Numbered from the stretch's first letter, positions 38,199 to 50,099 are shown. The stretch: DNA of 64,000 bases from an uncultured Gemmataceae bacterium (GCA_963750165.1 CAVVPN010000004.1:416001-480000); one strand, 5' to 3'. Made by a program: numbers and translations. Notes: generated by a model not told the origin, from the sequence alone.

Positions 38199-39217
38199 TT
38201 ATTTCCCGGATGGTTTCTCGAGGTGTCCGCCGAACTGGAAGCGCATGGCCGACAGCAGTTTGTCCTGGAAATCCGCTTCGCCGCGCGAGGTGAAGCGTTC
38301 GTACAGCGCCGTGGTGAGCACCGGCACCGGCACCGCCTCGTCGATTGCTGCCTTGATCGTCCAGCGGCCCTCGCCCGAGTCCGACACTCGGCCGGCAAAC
38401 TGGGCGAGTGTGGGATCTTCGACCAGGGCCGTCGCGGTCAGGTCCAGCAGCCACGAGGCGATCACACTGCCGCGCCGCCACACCTCTGCGATGTCACGCA
38501 GGTTGAGGTCGTACTGGTAGTGCTCGGGGTCGCGCAGAGGGGTCGTCTCGGCGTCGATCTCGTGTTGCTGCTTGCCGATGTTGGCGCTCCGCAAGACGGC
38601 CAACCCCTCGGCATAAGCGGCCATGACGCCATATTCGATGCCGTTATGCACCATCTTGACGAAGTGGCCGGCGCCCGAAGGCCCGCAGTGCAGGTAGCCG
38701 CGCTCAGCCGTGCCGCCGATCTTTTCGCGTCTGGGAGTGCGCGGATGTCGCCCGAACCGGGGGCCAGCGTCTGGAAGATCGGATCGAGGCGCTGCACGGC
38801 CTGGTCCGGGCCGCCGATCATCATGCAGTAGCCGCGCTCCAGACCCCAGACGCCGCCGCTCGTCCCCACATCCACGTAGTGAATCCGCTTCGGCGCAAGT
38901 TCCCCGGCCCGGCGGATGTCATCCACGTAGTAGGAATTGCCTCCATCGATGAGCGTGTCCCCTTCCTCAAGATGAGGCAGGAGGTCGGCGATGGTCTGAT
39001 CCACTGCTGCCGCCGGGACCATCAGCCAGATGGCGCGCGGCTTCTCCAATTGCTTCACGAGGTCCGTGAGCGAAGTGGCCCCAACCGCTTTCTCCTCGGC
39101 CAACTCCTTGACTGCCTTCGGTGACCTGTCGAAGACGACGCATTGATGGCCTCCTTTGAGAAGCCGCCGCACCATGTTGGCCCCCATCCGGCCGAGTCCA
39201 ATCATTCCGAGTTGCAT
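38199..39217 (-). CDS. gnd: 6-phosphogluconate dehydrogenase (decarboxylating, short YqeC type), frameshifted near 38745
   Basis: [18 protein letters not shown] and DVGTSGG; then [19 protein letters not shown] and MRFQFGGH in the second frame. Confidence 0.9.
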
Positions 39218-39240
39218 GGCTGACTCCTTTTCTCTGCACA

Positions 39241-39839
39241 TCATTCCCACGGTTCATTGACGTAGTTCCACAGACGGATGACTGGTTGGTCGCGGTTGTC
39301 GTGCTCGAAACCGAGCACGCCCACACTGGCGGGACGGCAGAAGAACACCCGTCCGTCGGCCGGCGTCAGACCGTGCCAGCGGGCCGCGATCATGCGGATG
39401 ATGTGGCCGCTGGAGAACGCCAGCACGTCACCGTTGATACTGTGTACCCGGGCGATGAAGCGGTCGGCCCGCGTGGCCAGGTCTTCGGGCGATTCGCCGC
39501 CGGGGCAGCCATCGCGATAGAGTTCCCAGCCGGGCCACTCCTTCAGAACATCATTCGTCCGCTGGCCCTCGAAGCGACCGTAGTCCCACTCGATCAGGTC
39601 GGGATCGACTTCCGCGCCGGCCCCGAAGCCGGCCAACTCGCAGGTCTTCACGGCACGTTGCAAGGGACTGGTGAACACGCGGACAAAGGAGAACTCCCGC
39701 AGTCGCTCCCCCAGCTGCGCGCGTGCTCCTCCCCGCGTTCATTCAGCGGCAGGTCGGTCCGACCCGTGTGCTGATGGGAGTCGGTCCAGGCAGTGTCGCC
39801 GTGCCGGGCGAGATAGAGCTTTGGCAAAGCGGTTGACAT
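39241..39839 (-). CDS. Histidine phosphatase (phosphoglycerate-mutase-like), frameshifted near 39720
   Basis: LARHGDTAW in ORF 39648..39839 joins SPLQRA...EWDYG in ORF 39241..39678. Confidence 0.8.
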
Positions 39840-39960
39840 CGATTATCTCCTGTTTCCCACCGCTTGCGGCTGAGCGAAGATGTCTCGCCAATCCGCAACA
39901 TGCTCGTTAAAGGGACAGGGTGAGGTTCGGCCTGTCCCACTCACTCTCGAGATCACTCGG

Positions 39961-40557
39961 TCAAATATCCAGGTGACGAGTATCGTCCCAGAATCGAATC
40001 ACCGGCTGAGAGCGGTTGTCCTCATACCCCAGAGCACTCAGGCTGGCCGGGCACAGGAAATAGAACTTCCCGGCCTCCGGGTCGAGGCCGAGCCAGCGGG
40101 CAGCCAGCACCCGCAGGAAATGCCCGTGCGAGAACAGCAGCACGTTCCCCGCGATGGCCCGCACCTTGCTCACTACCCGGTCGGCCCGGGCGCCGACCTG
40201 TGCCACCGATTCGCCGCCAGGGTAGCCGTCGCGGAACATCTGCCAGTCAGGCCGCTCCTTGAGGATCTCCTTCGTCGTCTTGCCCTCATAGTCGCCGTAG
40301 TCCCACTCAAGCAGGTCTGGATCGACCAGGGCGGCGGTCTTGAAGCCGGCCAGCTCACATGTCCGGGAGGCGCGCTGCAGTGGACTGGTGAAGACCTTGT
40401 CGAAGGTCAGCCCCCGCAGCGGCTGACCGAGCCGGCGCGCGTTGCGCTCGCCGCGCTCGGTCAGCGGCAAATCGATCAATCCCATGTGCTGGCCCGTCAG
40501 GTTCCAGGCCGTCTCACCATGACGCGCCAGGTAAAGAACAGGAAACGTCTCGCTCAC
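39961..40557 (-). CDS. Histidine phosphatase (paralogue of the neighbouring gene)
   Basis: LARHGETAW, SPLQRA, EWDYG, FSHGH. Confidence 0.85.
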   Translation of the reverse strand: MSETFPVLYLARHGETAWNLTGQHMGLIDLPLTERGERNARRLGQPLRGLTFDKVFTSPLQRASRTCELAGFKTAALVDPDLLEWDYGDYEGKTTKEILKERPDWQMFRDGYPGGESVAQVGARADRVVSKVRAIAGNVLLFSHGHFLRVLAARWLGLDPEAGKFYFLCPASLSALGYEDNRSQPVIRFWDDTRHLDI

Positions 40558-40573
40558 GACCTTCCTCCCTGTG

Positions 40574-43081
40574 TTAGAACGGCCACTTCCAGACCGCAAT
40601 GTCGGGCCGGTCAATGCCGAACCGATAAGCATACTGTTCGCACGCGATCTGCTCATTGGCCAGTTCATCGCGGACGCCGGCCGCGGTGTCGCGCAGACGG
40701 GGGATGCGGTCGATGGCGTCCATGGCCAGGGTGAAGCGGTCGGTCTCGTTGCGGATGGCCAGCTCCAGCGGCGTGTTGATATTGCCGTGCTCCTTGTAGC
40801 CGCGCACGTGGATGTGGTGCTGGTTCGGCCGGCGGTAGGTGAGTCGGTGGATCAGCCCGGGGTAGCCGTGGAAGGTGAAGACCACCGGCCTGTCCGCCGT
40901 GAAGACGGCCTCGAAATCGCGGTCCGTCAGGCCGTGGGGGTGCTCGCTGCTCGGCAGCAGTTTGAACAGGTCCACGACGTTCACGACCCGGACCTTGATG
41001 TCGGGGATGTGCTGCCGCAGCAGGGCGGCGGCGGCCAGACACTCCACCGTCGGCACGTCGCCACAGCTCGCCAGCACCACGTCGGGCTCGACGCCCTGGT
41101 CGTTGCTGGCCCAGTTCCAGATGCCCAGGCCCTTGGTGCAGTGGGCGATCGCCGCCTCCATGTCCAGGAACTGCATGTCTTGCGGCTGCTTGTCCGCGAC
41201 GATGACGTTGATGTAGTTCAGGCTGCGGAAACAGTGGTCACCGACCGAGAGCAGGCAGTTGGCGTCAGGCGGCAGGTAGATGCGCACCACGCTGGGGCTC
41301 TTGTTCGCCACCACGTCGAGGAAGCCGGGATCCTGGTGCGTGAACCCGTTGTGGTCCTGCCGCCAGACCAGGCCGCTGACCAGGATGTTGAGCGAGGAAA
41401 CCTTCTGTCGCCACGGCAACTCGTTGCACTTCTCCAGCCACTTGGCGTGCTGGTTGACCATCGAGTCGATGAGGTGGACGAACGACTCGTAGCTGTTAAT
41501 CAGGCCGTGCCGGCCGCTCAGGAGGTAGCCCTCCAGCCACCCTTCCAGGGTGTGCTCGCTAAGCATCTCCATGACGCGCCCGTCCGGGGCCAGGTGGCCG
41601 CCGTCGGCGTCCTCCGGGAAGTACTCGCCGAGCCACGCCTTCGGGGTGACCTCGTACACGTCATCGAGCTTGTTGGACTGCGACTCGTCCGGCCCGAAGA
41701 GCCGGAAGTTGTCCTGGTTCAGCCGCATGATCTCCCGCATCAGAATGCCGAGGAAGCGGGTGTTGCCGACCTGAGTCGTTCCTGGCTTCTTGACCTCGAC
41801 GCCGAGGGCGCGAAAGTCCGGCATGTCCAGGGATTTGCGGAGCAGACCGCCGTTGGCGACGGGGTTGGCACTCATCCGTCGGATCCCCTTCGGCGGCAGC
41901 GCCCGCAGTTCCGGGATGAGCCGGCCCGCCTGGTCGAAACGCTTTTCCGGCTCGTAGCTGCGCAGCCATTTTTCCAGCAGCTGCAGGTGAGCGGGGTTGG
42001 AGTGGACGTCCGGCAGCGGAATCTGGTGGGCGCGCCAGAAGCCTTCCAGGTAGTGCCCGTCCACCTGCCGCGGAGCCGTCCAGCCCTTGGGACTGCGAAG
42101 GATAATCATGGGCCACCGCGGCCGCTCTGCCTTGCCGCTGCTCCGCGCCCGTTGCTGGATTTTGCGGATCTCCAGAACGGCATGTTCCAGCGTGGCGGCC
42201 ATGGCCTGGTGCATGGTGCGCGGGTCGCTCCCCTCGACGAACAGCGGCGTATACCCGTAGCCGACGAACAGTGCCTCCAGCTCCTCGTGGCTGATGCGGG
42301 CCAGCAGCGTGGGGTTGTTGATCTTGTAGCCGTTGAGGTGCAGCACCGGCAGCACCGCCCCGTCCCGGATCGGGTTGAGCCACTTGTTGCTGTGCCAGCT
42401 CGTGGCCAGGGGGCCAGTCTCGGCCTCGCCGTCGCCCACCACGGTCAGGGCGATCAGGTTCGGGTGGTCGAACACTGCCCCGTAGGCGTGCGAGATGGAG
42501 TAGCCCAGCTCGCCGCCCTCGTGAATGCTGCCGGGCGTTTCGGGGGTGCAGTGGCTGCCGATGCCGCCGGGGAACGAGAACTGCCTGAAGAAACGCTGCA
42601 ATCCGGCCACGTCTTCACTCTTGTCCGGGTAGACCTCGGAGTACGTCCCCTCGAGGTAGGCCTGGGACAGGACCGCGGGTGCCCCGTGCCCGGGCCCAGA
42701 GATGTAGATCGCGTCCAGGTCGTACTTGTTGATCAGCCGGTTGAAGTGGATGTACGTGAACGCCTGGCCGGCGTCCGAGCCCCAGTGGCCCAGCATGCGC
42801 GGCTTGACGTGCTCGATCTTGAGCGGCTCGCGGAGCAGGGGGTTTTCCTGGAGGTACAGCATCCCCAGACACAGGTAGAGGCTGGTCTGCCAGTAGGCGT
42901 CGATCTTTTCCAGTTCCTCGGGGCTGAGCGGAGTGCCTTTGATCGTCGAGCGGGCCGGGCCGTACGCGGAAATCTTCCCGTCAGCGGCCGTGCGAGATTC
43001 CTCAGCGGTACTCGGTGCTGCCGCCGCGGCCTTGCCAGCCTCTCCGGGCTTCCGTTTCACTTCGGTGCTTGCGGGTGTCAT
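40574..43081 (-). CDS. xfp: Xylulose-5-P/fructose-6-P phosphoketolase
   Basis: [18 protein letters not shown], ThDP motif [18 protein letters not shown], and [13 protein letters not shown]. Confidence 0.95.
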   Translation of the reverse strand: MTPASTEVKRKPGEAGKAAAAAPSTAEESRTAADGKISAYGPARSTIKGTPLSPEELEKIDAYWQTSLYLCLGMLYLQENPLLREPLKIEHVKPRMLGHWGSDAGQAFTYIHFNRLINKYDLDAIYISGPGHGAPAVLSQAYLEGTYSEVYPDKSEDVAGLQRFFRQFSFPGGIGSHCTPETPGSIHEGGELGYSISHAYGAVFDHPNLIALTVVGDGEAETGPLATSWHSNKWLNPIRDGAVLPVLHLNGYKINNPTLLARISHEELEALFVGYGYTPLFVEGSDPRTMHQAMAATLEHAVLEIRKIQQRARSSGKAERPRWPMIILRSPKGWTAPRQVDGHYLEGFWRAHQIPLPDVHSNPAHLQLLEKWLRSYEPEKRFDQAGRLIPELRALPPKGIRRMSANPVANGGLLRKSLDMPDFRALGVEVKKPGTTQVGNTRFLGILMREIMRLNQDNFRLFGPDESQSNKLDDVYEVTPKAWLGEYFPEDADGGHLAPDGRVMEMLSEHTLEGWLEGYLLSGRHGLINSYESFVHLIDSMVNQHAKWLEKCNELPWRQKVSSLNILVSGLVWRQDHNGFTHQDPGFLDVVANKSPSVVRIYLPPDANCLLSVGDHCFRSLNYINVIVADKQPQDMQFLDMEAAIAHCTKGLGIWNWASNDQGVEPDVVLASCGDVPTVECLAAAALLRQHIPDIKVRVVNVVDLFKLLPSSEHPHGLTDRDFEAVFTADRPVVFTFHGYPGLIHRLTYRRPNQHHIHVRGYKEHGNINTPLELAIRNETDRFTLAMDAIDRIPRLRDTAAGVRDELANEQIACEQYAYRFGIDRPDIAVWKWPF

Positions 43082-43198
43082 GGGTCATTCCTCCTGTGGT
43101 CGGCAGCAGGGTCGGTAAGTAATGAGGCCCGGGTCGTGAGTGATGAGCGCTGCCAGCTCTATCAGCCACCACTCGACCGCTCCTCAGCCCGTGTCCTA

Positions 43199-44173
43199 TC
43201 AACCGGCCGTCTTCTGAGTCACCCGTGCCTGGGCGTACTGCTCCAGCTTGCGGGCGTCGGCGTAGAACTTGCGGATGCCCTCGGCCAGCTTCTCGGTGGC
43301 CATGGCGTCCTCGTTGTGCATCCAGCGAAACGTCTTCTCGTCCAGGTGGATCTTCTGGGCGTCGGATGCTCTGGCGGTTTCCACGCTCAGCCGGCGCTTG
43401 ACACCGCCCTCGGTTTTCTCCATTTGCGCCAACAGGTCGGGGCTGATGGTCAGCAGGTCACAACCGACGAGGCGAACAATCTGGTCCACCTTGCGGAAGC
43501 TGGCGCCCATGATCTGAGTCTTGTAATCGAACTTCTTGAAGTAGTCGTAAATCCGCGCGACGGACGCAACTCCCGGATCCTCGTCGGCGGGAATGTCCTT
43601 GACCCCGCGCTCCTTGCAGTACCAGTCATAGATCCGCCCGACGAACGGCGAGATCAACGTCACGCCAGCCTCGGCACAGGCGACGGCCTGGGCGAAGCTG
43701 AACAGCAGAGTCAGGTTGCAGTGAATCCCTTCGCGTTCCAGTTGCTCGGCGGCCCGGATGCCTTCCCAGGTGCTGGCGATCTTGATGAGCACCCGGTCGC
43801 GCTCAATACCCGCCTGCTTGTACATGTCGATCAGCTTGCGAGCCTTGGCCAGCGTTCCCTCGGTGTCGAAGCTGAGCCCGGCATCGACCTCGGTGGAGAC
43901 ACGACCGGGAACGATCTTGAGAATCTCGCAGCCGAAGTCGATGAAGAGCTTGTCCATGAACGCCACGCTGCGGGCGGCCCGGCCGCCGCCGGCGCGGACA
44001 GCGAAGTTCAGTGCGTCGTCCACCAGGTTCTGATACCGCGGCAGCTGGGCCGCATGCAACAGGAGGGACGGATTGGTGGTCGCGTCCTGGGGTTTGTGTG
44101 CGGCGATGGCGTCGATGTCGCCCGTGTCGGCCACCACCGTCGTGAAGCGTTTCAACGATTCGAGAAGGTTCAT
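43199..44173 (-). CDS. tal: Transaldolase (TalA/B type)
   Basis: [45 protein letters not shown]. Confidence 0.95.
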   Translation of the reverse strand: MNLLESLKRFTTVVADTGDIDAIAAHKPQDATTNPSLLLHAAQLPRYQNLVDDALNFAVRAGGGRAARSVAFMDKLFIDFGCEILKIVPGRVSTEVDAGLSFDTEGTLAKARKLIDMYKQAGIERDRVLIKIASTWEGIRAAEQLEREGIHCNLTLLFSFAQAVACAEAGVTLISPFVGRIYDWYCKERGVKDIPADEDPGVASVARIYDYFKKFDYKTQIMGASFRKVDQIVRLVGCDLLTISPDLLAQMEKTEGGVKRRLSVETARASDAQKIHLDEKTFRWMHNEDAMATEKLAEGIRKFYADARKLEQYAQARVTQKTAG

Positions 44174-44244
44174 CGTGTCACCTCATGTGGGTCAAGGTTT
44201 GCAGAAGGTCATCACTGATGTCGGAACCGAGATTCCTCGGGGTC

Positions 44245-44402
44245 CTATCGCACCCGTTCCTTGCGGTCAGCGCGGCCAAGTTGTTCCCGAGTCGCCTGGA
44301 CAACCACATCCGAGGTGAAGCCCAATTTCTTCTCACGGCGTCCATCGACAGCGTGCGGATCGTGTTGATACACGTCTGGTCGAGATTGTTTTTACCCGGC
44401 AT
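44245..44402 (-). pseudogene. tkt: Transketolase remnant: N- and C-termini only
   Basis: LDQTCINTIRTLSMDAV (transketolase N-terminus) is fused out of frame to EKKLGFTSDVVVQATREQLGR (transketolase C-terminal helix). Confidence 0.75.
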
Positions 44403-44904
44403 GTCCACCCCCCGCCTTCGTGGTGACGGGCGAGCCGACAGCGTGAGCGACCGGAAGCGCCGCCTGGTGGGCCGGGGACTTCACGACCATCACGGGACAG
44501 CGCGCCTGCCGCACCACCTCCTCGGTCACGCTGCCGAATAACAGGGCCCTCAACCAGGAGTGCCCGTGCGCCCCCATCACGATCAGGTCGCACCCGAGCC
44601 TGTCCAGAATCCCAAGGATGTGTGCGGCGTTGGCCCGGTCGGCCACGATCACCTCATGCGACACGCGAACCTTGGGGTCACTCGATTGCAGGTTGTGAAA
44701 GCGATCCCACAGGTTAATTCCTTTCCCCTTGCCCGGATCGACCAGGACCCAGCCGTCCTCCAACACCACGGCCGGGGGCTGGGCGATGTGGAAGAGGATC
44801 ACTTCGGCCCCAACCGCCCGGGCCAGCGTGTGGGCCACGCGGAACGCCTCGTCAGCGTGCGCGGAAAAATCGGTGGGCACGAGAATCTTGCGAATTGCGT
44901 CCAT
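44392..44904 (-). CDS. Universal stress protein (UspA family)
   Basis: KILVPTDFS...DLIVMGAHG...LLFGSVTEEVVRQARCPVMVVK. Confidence 0.9.
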   Translation of the reverse strand: MDAIRKILVPTDFSAHADEAFRVAHTLARAVGAEVILFHIAQPPAVVLEDGWVLVDPGKGKGINLWDRFHNLQSSDPKVRVSHEVIVADRANAAHILGILDRLGCDLIVMGAHGHSWLRALLFGSVTEEVVRQARCPVMVVKSPAHQAALPVAHAVGSPVTTKAGGGHAG

Positions 44905-44965
44905 GAATGTCTTTCTCCCCTGGTTGCTTTGCCTCTGGATGCCGCTAGCTTTGTGAAGGGGAGAA

Positions 44966-44982
44966 AGCAACCGCCGTGCCAG
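44966..44982 (-). promoter_or_regulatory. Sigma-54 (-24/-12) promoter upstream of usp
   Basis: The minus strand reads CTGGCACGGCGGTTGCT, matching the YTGGCACGRNNNTTGCW consensus, ~60 bp upstream of the usp ATG. Confidence 0.75.
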
Positions 44983-45259
44983 GAGGCAATGTCCGAGTAT
45001 TCGGCGGTCAGGACGGGGCGAAAAACGGGCTTGAGGGAGACTTTGGTACAGTGCATTCCCGTGCCCCCCGCTGTCGAGTGTTGCCTATCCGCACATAGAA
45101 TGAGCGGAAATGTCGCAACGGGAGTCCCGGGGCAGCAACTTCTCTGCGATAGTCTCGTTGTTGAGGCGGTTTTTCACCTGGAAGTGGCAGTTGTTTGGCC
45201 GGGCGGGTTGGAACATCTACCAGGCGGTGAACGCCGAGCGGATCGGCGGACAGTGCGTG

Positions 45260-45823
45260 CTACCGCGACACGCACTGGCCCAGCGACTGCGGCGGCGGAA
45301 ACCTGCCGGCATAGGCGTGCTGATGGAGTTCGGCAACCGACATCCCCGCTGCGCGCGCCGCGATCATCATCTCGGGATCGACGCGCATGCCCAACGGGGA
45401 CGCCCCCGTGCCGAGGATATCCAGTTTCAACTCGACAACGTTCTGATCGGGATCTTCATAATAGAATGCGGCTCCAGCACCGTGGTGTGCCGTGAGCACC
45501 GGTTCAATGCCAAGGCCCTTCAGCCGCACATAGGCAGCCAGCAGGTCGTCGAGCGTCGCGCACTCGAACGGGACGTGTTGCGGCGGCGGCCGGTGAAGCG
45601 GTGGCGGTCCGACCGTCTGGCCCGACAGCGACAGGATGGTGATGCGCGGATTGACCAGGTCGTTGCTGCTCCACGCGGCGACCAAACGCGAGGTGGCTTG
45701 GGCGCCTGCCGGCGGCGGCGAGGAGTGCGTCGGCGCCATGCCGAACACTCGCGCGTACCAACCGACCATCGCCGACAGGTTCGTGGTCGTCAACCGGAAA
45801 TGTCGCACCGTCGAGCGGATCAT
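45260..45823 (-). CDS. VOC/glyoxalase-family protein, possibly degenerate
   Basis: MVGWYARVFGM, TLDDLLAAYVRLKGLGI, FYYEDPDQNVVEL. Confidence 0.7.
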   Translation of the reverse strand: MIRSTVRHFRLTTTNLSAMVGWYARVFGMAPTHSSPPPAGAQATSRLVAAWSSNDLVNPRITILSLSGQTVGPPPLHRPPPQHVPFECATLDDLLAAYVRLKGLGIEPVLTAHHGAGAAFYYEDPDQNVVELKLDILGTGASPLGMRVDPEMMIAARAAGMSVAELHQHAYAGRFPPPQSLGQCVSR

Positions 45824-45947
45824 CTGGCGGCTCCTTGTTTAGCTCGGTCAGCCCTGCCTGACTTTCCTGCCATAGTGAGCGTGGGAGGTGGACAGGGGGG
45901 TTGGTACAATCGACGGTGAAATCACCACTCTCGTATGGTGCTGGATC

Positions 45948-46544
45948 ATGGTCGAAGAACACACCACCGCCGTCGTGCAGCGCTACCTGGACGCACTGGC
46001 CGGGGATGCGCCTGCCGAAGCGATTGTCCGCGACCTCGTGGCCCGGGCCGCCCTCCGGCTGCGCCTGTTGTGTACAAACCTTCTGTACCGCAGTTATCCG
46101 CGTTTGACTCAGCCGCCGTTGAACTTGCAGTCCGACGACATGCTCGGGGCCGTGGTGGAACGGCTGCTCAAGGCGCTGCGCGAGGTCCGGCCCCAGACGG
46201 TGCGCCAGTTCTTCGCCCTGGCCAACCAGCACATGCGCTGGGAGCTGAATGACCTGGCCCGCCGCTTAGATGAACGGCCCGCCGCCGTGGAACTGCGCGA
46301 AGGGTTCGTGCCGGCGGCGGCCAGCAGCGACTCCGACCTGACCCCGAACGCGCGGCGCATGCTGGCGGCGATCGATGCGTTGCCGGAAGACCTGAGCGAG
46401 GTCTTCAACCTGGTGCGCGTCCAGGGGCTGACGTATCCCGAGGCCGCCGAGGTGGTGGGCGTCTCGGTCAAGACGGTGCAGCGACGCTTGACGCGGGGTC
46501 TCCTGCTGCTGACGGAACAGCTGGACGATCTGCGCCCAACCTGA
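45948..46544 (+). CDS. ECF sigma-70 factor paired with a Ser/Thr kinase
   Basis: FFALANQHMRWELNDLARR and LPEDLSEVFNLVRVQGLTYPEAAEVVGVSVKTVQRRL; TGGTACAAT extended -10 at 45902-45910. Confidence 0.85.
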   Translation: MVEEHTTAVVQRYLDALAGDAPAEAIVRDLVARAALRLRLLCTNLLYRSYPRLTQPPLNLQSDDMLGAVVERLLKALREVRPQTVRQFFALANQHMRWELNDLARRLDERPAAVELREGFVPAAASSDSDLTPNARRMLAAIDALPEDLSEVFNLVRVQGLTYPEAAEVVGVSVKTVQRRLTRGLLLLTEQLDDLRPT

Positions 46545-46561
46545 ACGCAGGAGGCCTGGCG

Positions 46562-49500
46562 ATGCCCAGCGATCCACGCGTGCTGGAACTGGTCGAAGAA
46601 ATCCTCGACTCCGGACGCAGCCCGGAAGACGTGTGCCGCGACTGTCCCGAGTTGCTGCCCCAGGTGCGGGAGTTCTGGCAGCGCCATCGCGCCGTCCAGG
46701 CCCAACTCAGCGCCTTGTTTCCGGAGACGGATCCGGCCCCGGAGGACAGTGTCCCGCCGCTCGTGCAGGTGCCCGAGGACCTGGGGCCGTTGCCGCACAT
46801 CCCCGGCTACGCGGTGCAGGCGGTGCTGGGGCACGGCGGCATGGGTGTCGTCTACAAGGCGTGGCACCTGCGTTTGCAGCGACCCGTCGCCCTCAAAATG
46901 GTGCTGGCCGGCGCCTTCGCCCGCCCCGCGGAGCGGGAGCGCCTGTTGCGCGAAGCGGCGGCGGTGGCGGGCCTGCAGCACGCGAACATCGTGCAGGTTC
47001 ACGATGTCGGCGACCACGACGGCCGACCGTATTTCACCATGGAGTTCATTGAGGGCGGCAGCCTGGCCCAGCAACTGACGGGCACCCCGCAGCCGGCCGA
47101 CCAGGCCGCCGCCCTGGTGGCCACGCTCGCCGAGGCCGTCCAGGTCGCGCACCAGGGCGGGATCGTTCACCGCGATCTGAAGCCGGCCAACATCCTGCTC
47201 ACTGCCGACGGCACGCCCAAGGTGTCGGACTTCGGCCTGGCCCGCCGACTGGAAGACGACAGCGGGCTGACCCAGAGCGGCGCTCCGCTGGGCACGCCAA
47301 GCTACATGGCTCCCGAGCAAGCCCAGGGCCAACGGGACGCCGTGGGGCCTGCCGCGGATGTGTACGCGCTGGGAGCGATCCTGTACGAGTTGCTGACAGG
47401 CCGGCCGCCCTTCCGGGCCGAGACCGCGGCGGCGACGCTGCAACAGGTGCTGACTGCGGAGCCGGTGCCGCCGGCGCGGTTGAACCCCCGCGTGCCGCGC
47501 GACCTGGATACCATCTGCCTGAAATGCCTGCAAAAAGAGCCGCGCCGCCGCTACGCCAGTGCGGCGGCGCTGGCGGAGGACCTGCGCCGCTTCGAGCGCG
47601 GCGAGCCGATCACTGCCCGACCGCTGGGGCGGCTGGGGCGGCTGGCCCGCTGGGCGCGCCGCCGTCCGACCACGGCGGCGCTCACCGGCACCCTGCTGGC
47701 GGTGGCGCTGCTGACGTTGGCCCTGGTCGGCAGTTGGCTGTGGGTGAACGGGCAACGGACGGCGAACCTGCAGGCGGTGGAGGAGGACTTGCGGGAAGTG
47801 ACCCGGCTACTGCAAACCTCGGACCCGGCGGGCGCGCGCGCCGCCCTGGAGCGGGCCAGGGGCCGGCTGGGCGCGGACGGGACTGTCGAACTGCAAGCGC
47901 GCGTCGATCAGGCTAATCGCCACCTGGAACTGGTGGCAAAGTTGGAGGCCATCCGCCTGAAACGGGCGGTTGTCCGGGCCGGGCGCTTCAACCGGGCGCA
48001 AGCGGATCGGGACTACGCGGCGGCGTTCGCCACGGCAGGGTTGGGGACGGATGACGACGACCCGGAAGCGCTGGCGGCCCGCGTGGCGGCATCACCCGTG
48101 CGGGCGGCGCTGGTGGCGGCGCTCGACGACTGGGCCGTCTGCGCCGACCAGAAACGGCGCGAGTGGCTGCTGGCGGTAGCCAGGCAGGCGGATCCAGACC
48201 CCTGGCGCAACCGCGTCCGCGATCCGAGGACGTGGGCGGATCGCAAGCAGCTGACCGAGTTGGCCAGGACGGCACCGGTGAAGGAGCAGTCGTTGCAAAT
48301 CCTGGTGGCGGTGGGGGAGCGGTTGCAGGCTGACCACGGCGACGCGACCGCGTTCCTGCGGCGCGTGCAGAAGGAGCATCCCACTGATTTCTACGCCAAC
48401 TTCATGCTCGCCAACGCCCTGGCGAACCAGGGGGCGGACGGCGACGCGATCGGCTTTTACCGGGCCGCGCTGGCCGTCCGCCCGAACACGGTCGTCGCCC
48501 GGTACAACCTCGGCCTGGCCCTGCACCACCTGGGCCAACTGGATGAGGCCATCGATCACTTCGAGCGCGCGCTCGACATCGATCCCACGTTCGGCTGGAC
48601 CCACGCGGCCCTCGCCCTCGCCCTGGAAGCGAACTGGCGCCTGGACGAGGCCATCGACCATTACCGCGCGGCGCTCCGCCTCAACCCCTTTCGGGCCGCG
48701 GTCCACTACAACCTGGGCAGGGCCTTGATTGTCCGGAAGCGGTTTGACGAGGCCATCCACCACCTCCGGCAGGCCGCCACCCTCGAACCCAGGGTGATCC
48801 GGCACCACCTCGTCCTCGCTGAACTCCTGAACGACCGGGGCCGGCTGGACGACGCCGGCGGCCACTTCCGCCAGGCGATTGCGCTGGATCCGAAACGCAC
48901 GGATGCCCAAAAAGGGTTGCGCGGCATCCTGATTCGTCAGGGGAAACTGGAAGCGGCGCGGGCCGCCTGGCGCAAGGCGCTCGACGCCGGCCCGCCCGAG
49001 CACGACGCCTGGTTCGGCTACGCCGAGCTGTGTCTGTTTCTCGGCCAGGAGGACGAGTACCGCCGCGCGCGGCGGGTCCTGCTCGACCGCTTCGGCGCCA
49101 GCACCGATCCGCAGGTCGCCGAACGAACCGGCCGGGCCTGTCTGCTCTTGCCCGCCACCAACGACGAACTGGAGGACGCGGCCGCCCTGGTCGAGCGCGC
49201 GCTGGCCGCCGGGCGTTCGGGACGCGAGTGGGCGTACCCTTACTTCCTGTTCGCCCGGGGGCTGGCAGAGTACCGGCGCGGCCGGTTCGACAGCGCCATC
49301 GCTGTGATGGAAGGTGAGGCGTCCGGGGTGATGGGCCCCGCTCCCCGGCTGATCGTGGCCATGGCGCAGCACCGGCTCGGTAAGGGGGAGGAAGCGCGCA
49401 AGACGCTGGCGGCGGCCATCGGCGACTACGACTGGCGCGCGGATCGGCGCAGGACCATGACAGCTGGATCATCCACATACTCCGGCGCGAGGCTGAGGCC

Positions 49501-49563
49501 CTGATCCGGCCGGAGGCTCAGCCAGCGGCGCTGAACAAGGGGAAAGGGTCGGGAGTTGATTGA
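46562..49563 (+). CDS. Ser/Thr protein kinase with TM segment and TPR repeats; probable frameshift near 49445
   Basis: GHGGMGVVY, HRDLKPAN, DFG, GTPSYMAPE and TPRs. The typical C-terminus 'WIIHILRREAEALI' lies in a shifted frame ending at 49563. Confidence 0.9.
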
Positions 49564-49598
49564 CACAGCCGTGTCAATCGACTCCCGACCCCTTTCCC
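49540..49598. repeat. Hairpin / REP-like inverted repeat at the kinase stop codon
   Basis: GGGTCGGGAGTTGATTGACAC / GTGTCAATCGACTCCCGACCC (1 mismatch). Confidence 0.7.
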
Positions 49599-49694
49599 TG
49601 ACTTTCCCTGACGCCAGGCAGGCGAGACACCTGCACCACGTGAAAATCACCACCAGACTGGGGTTTCTGCTGAGCGAATTCCGACTCCGTTTTC

Positions 49695-49903
49695 GACACT
49701 CTAGCACCAGAGGTGAGCAAAATGCGGTCGGCGGCGCCGTAAAGCCCTTCGTTGTTGTCATTTGCATCAGCGGTCTCGTGCGCCCCGTTCAGCAACATTG
49801 ACCGGATGGTTCGCTATCGCAGTAGTTGCAGTCGAAAGTGCTTGTCAGCACATGACTTATCCGGCTCGGACGCCAATTCGGTCACCCATGGTGCTAGAGT
49901 GTC
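49695..49903. mobile_element. ~210-bp MITE-like element
   Basis: 15-bp perfect IR GACACTCTAGCACCA/TGGTGCTAGAGTGTC, extending imperfectly inward through GGTGA; lower GC and non-coding. Confidence 0.5.
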
Positions 49904-50099
49904 CCGTTTTCTTTCCTTTCTCTTCAGGTTCTCAAGGTCGTGAAGTTGGGAATTGGGGAGGCGCAAACCCTGCCACTCCGGGGCATGGGAGGCGCGCCAT
50001 GTGGCCATGTGGCCAGATGACTCCTCTCTCCGGCGTGCCTGCCACCTCGCTATAATACCGCCCAGGCAACCGCCACCCGGGCCACGCCATCCGGAGAGT

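Noticed and set aside
49574..49943. Short ORFs as an integrase/transposase remnant or an island attachment site
   Set aside because: There are no catalytic motifs, no tRNA, and no direct repeat matching the other end of the carbon cluster. I cannot support a defined genomic island.
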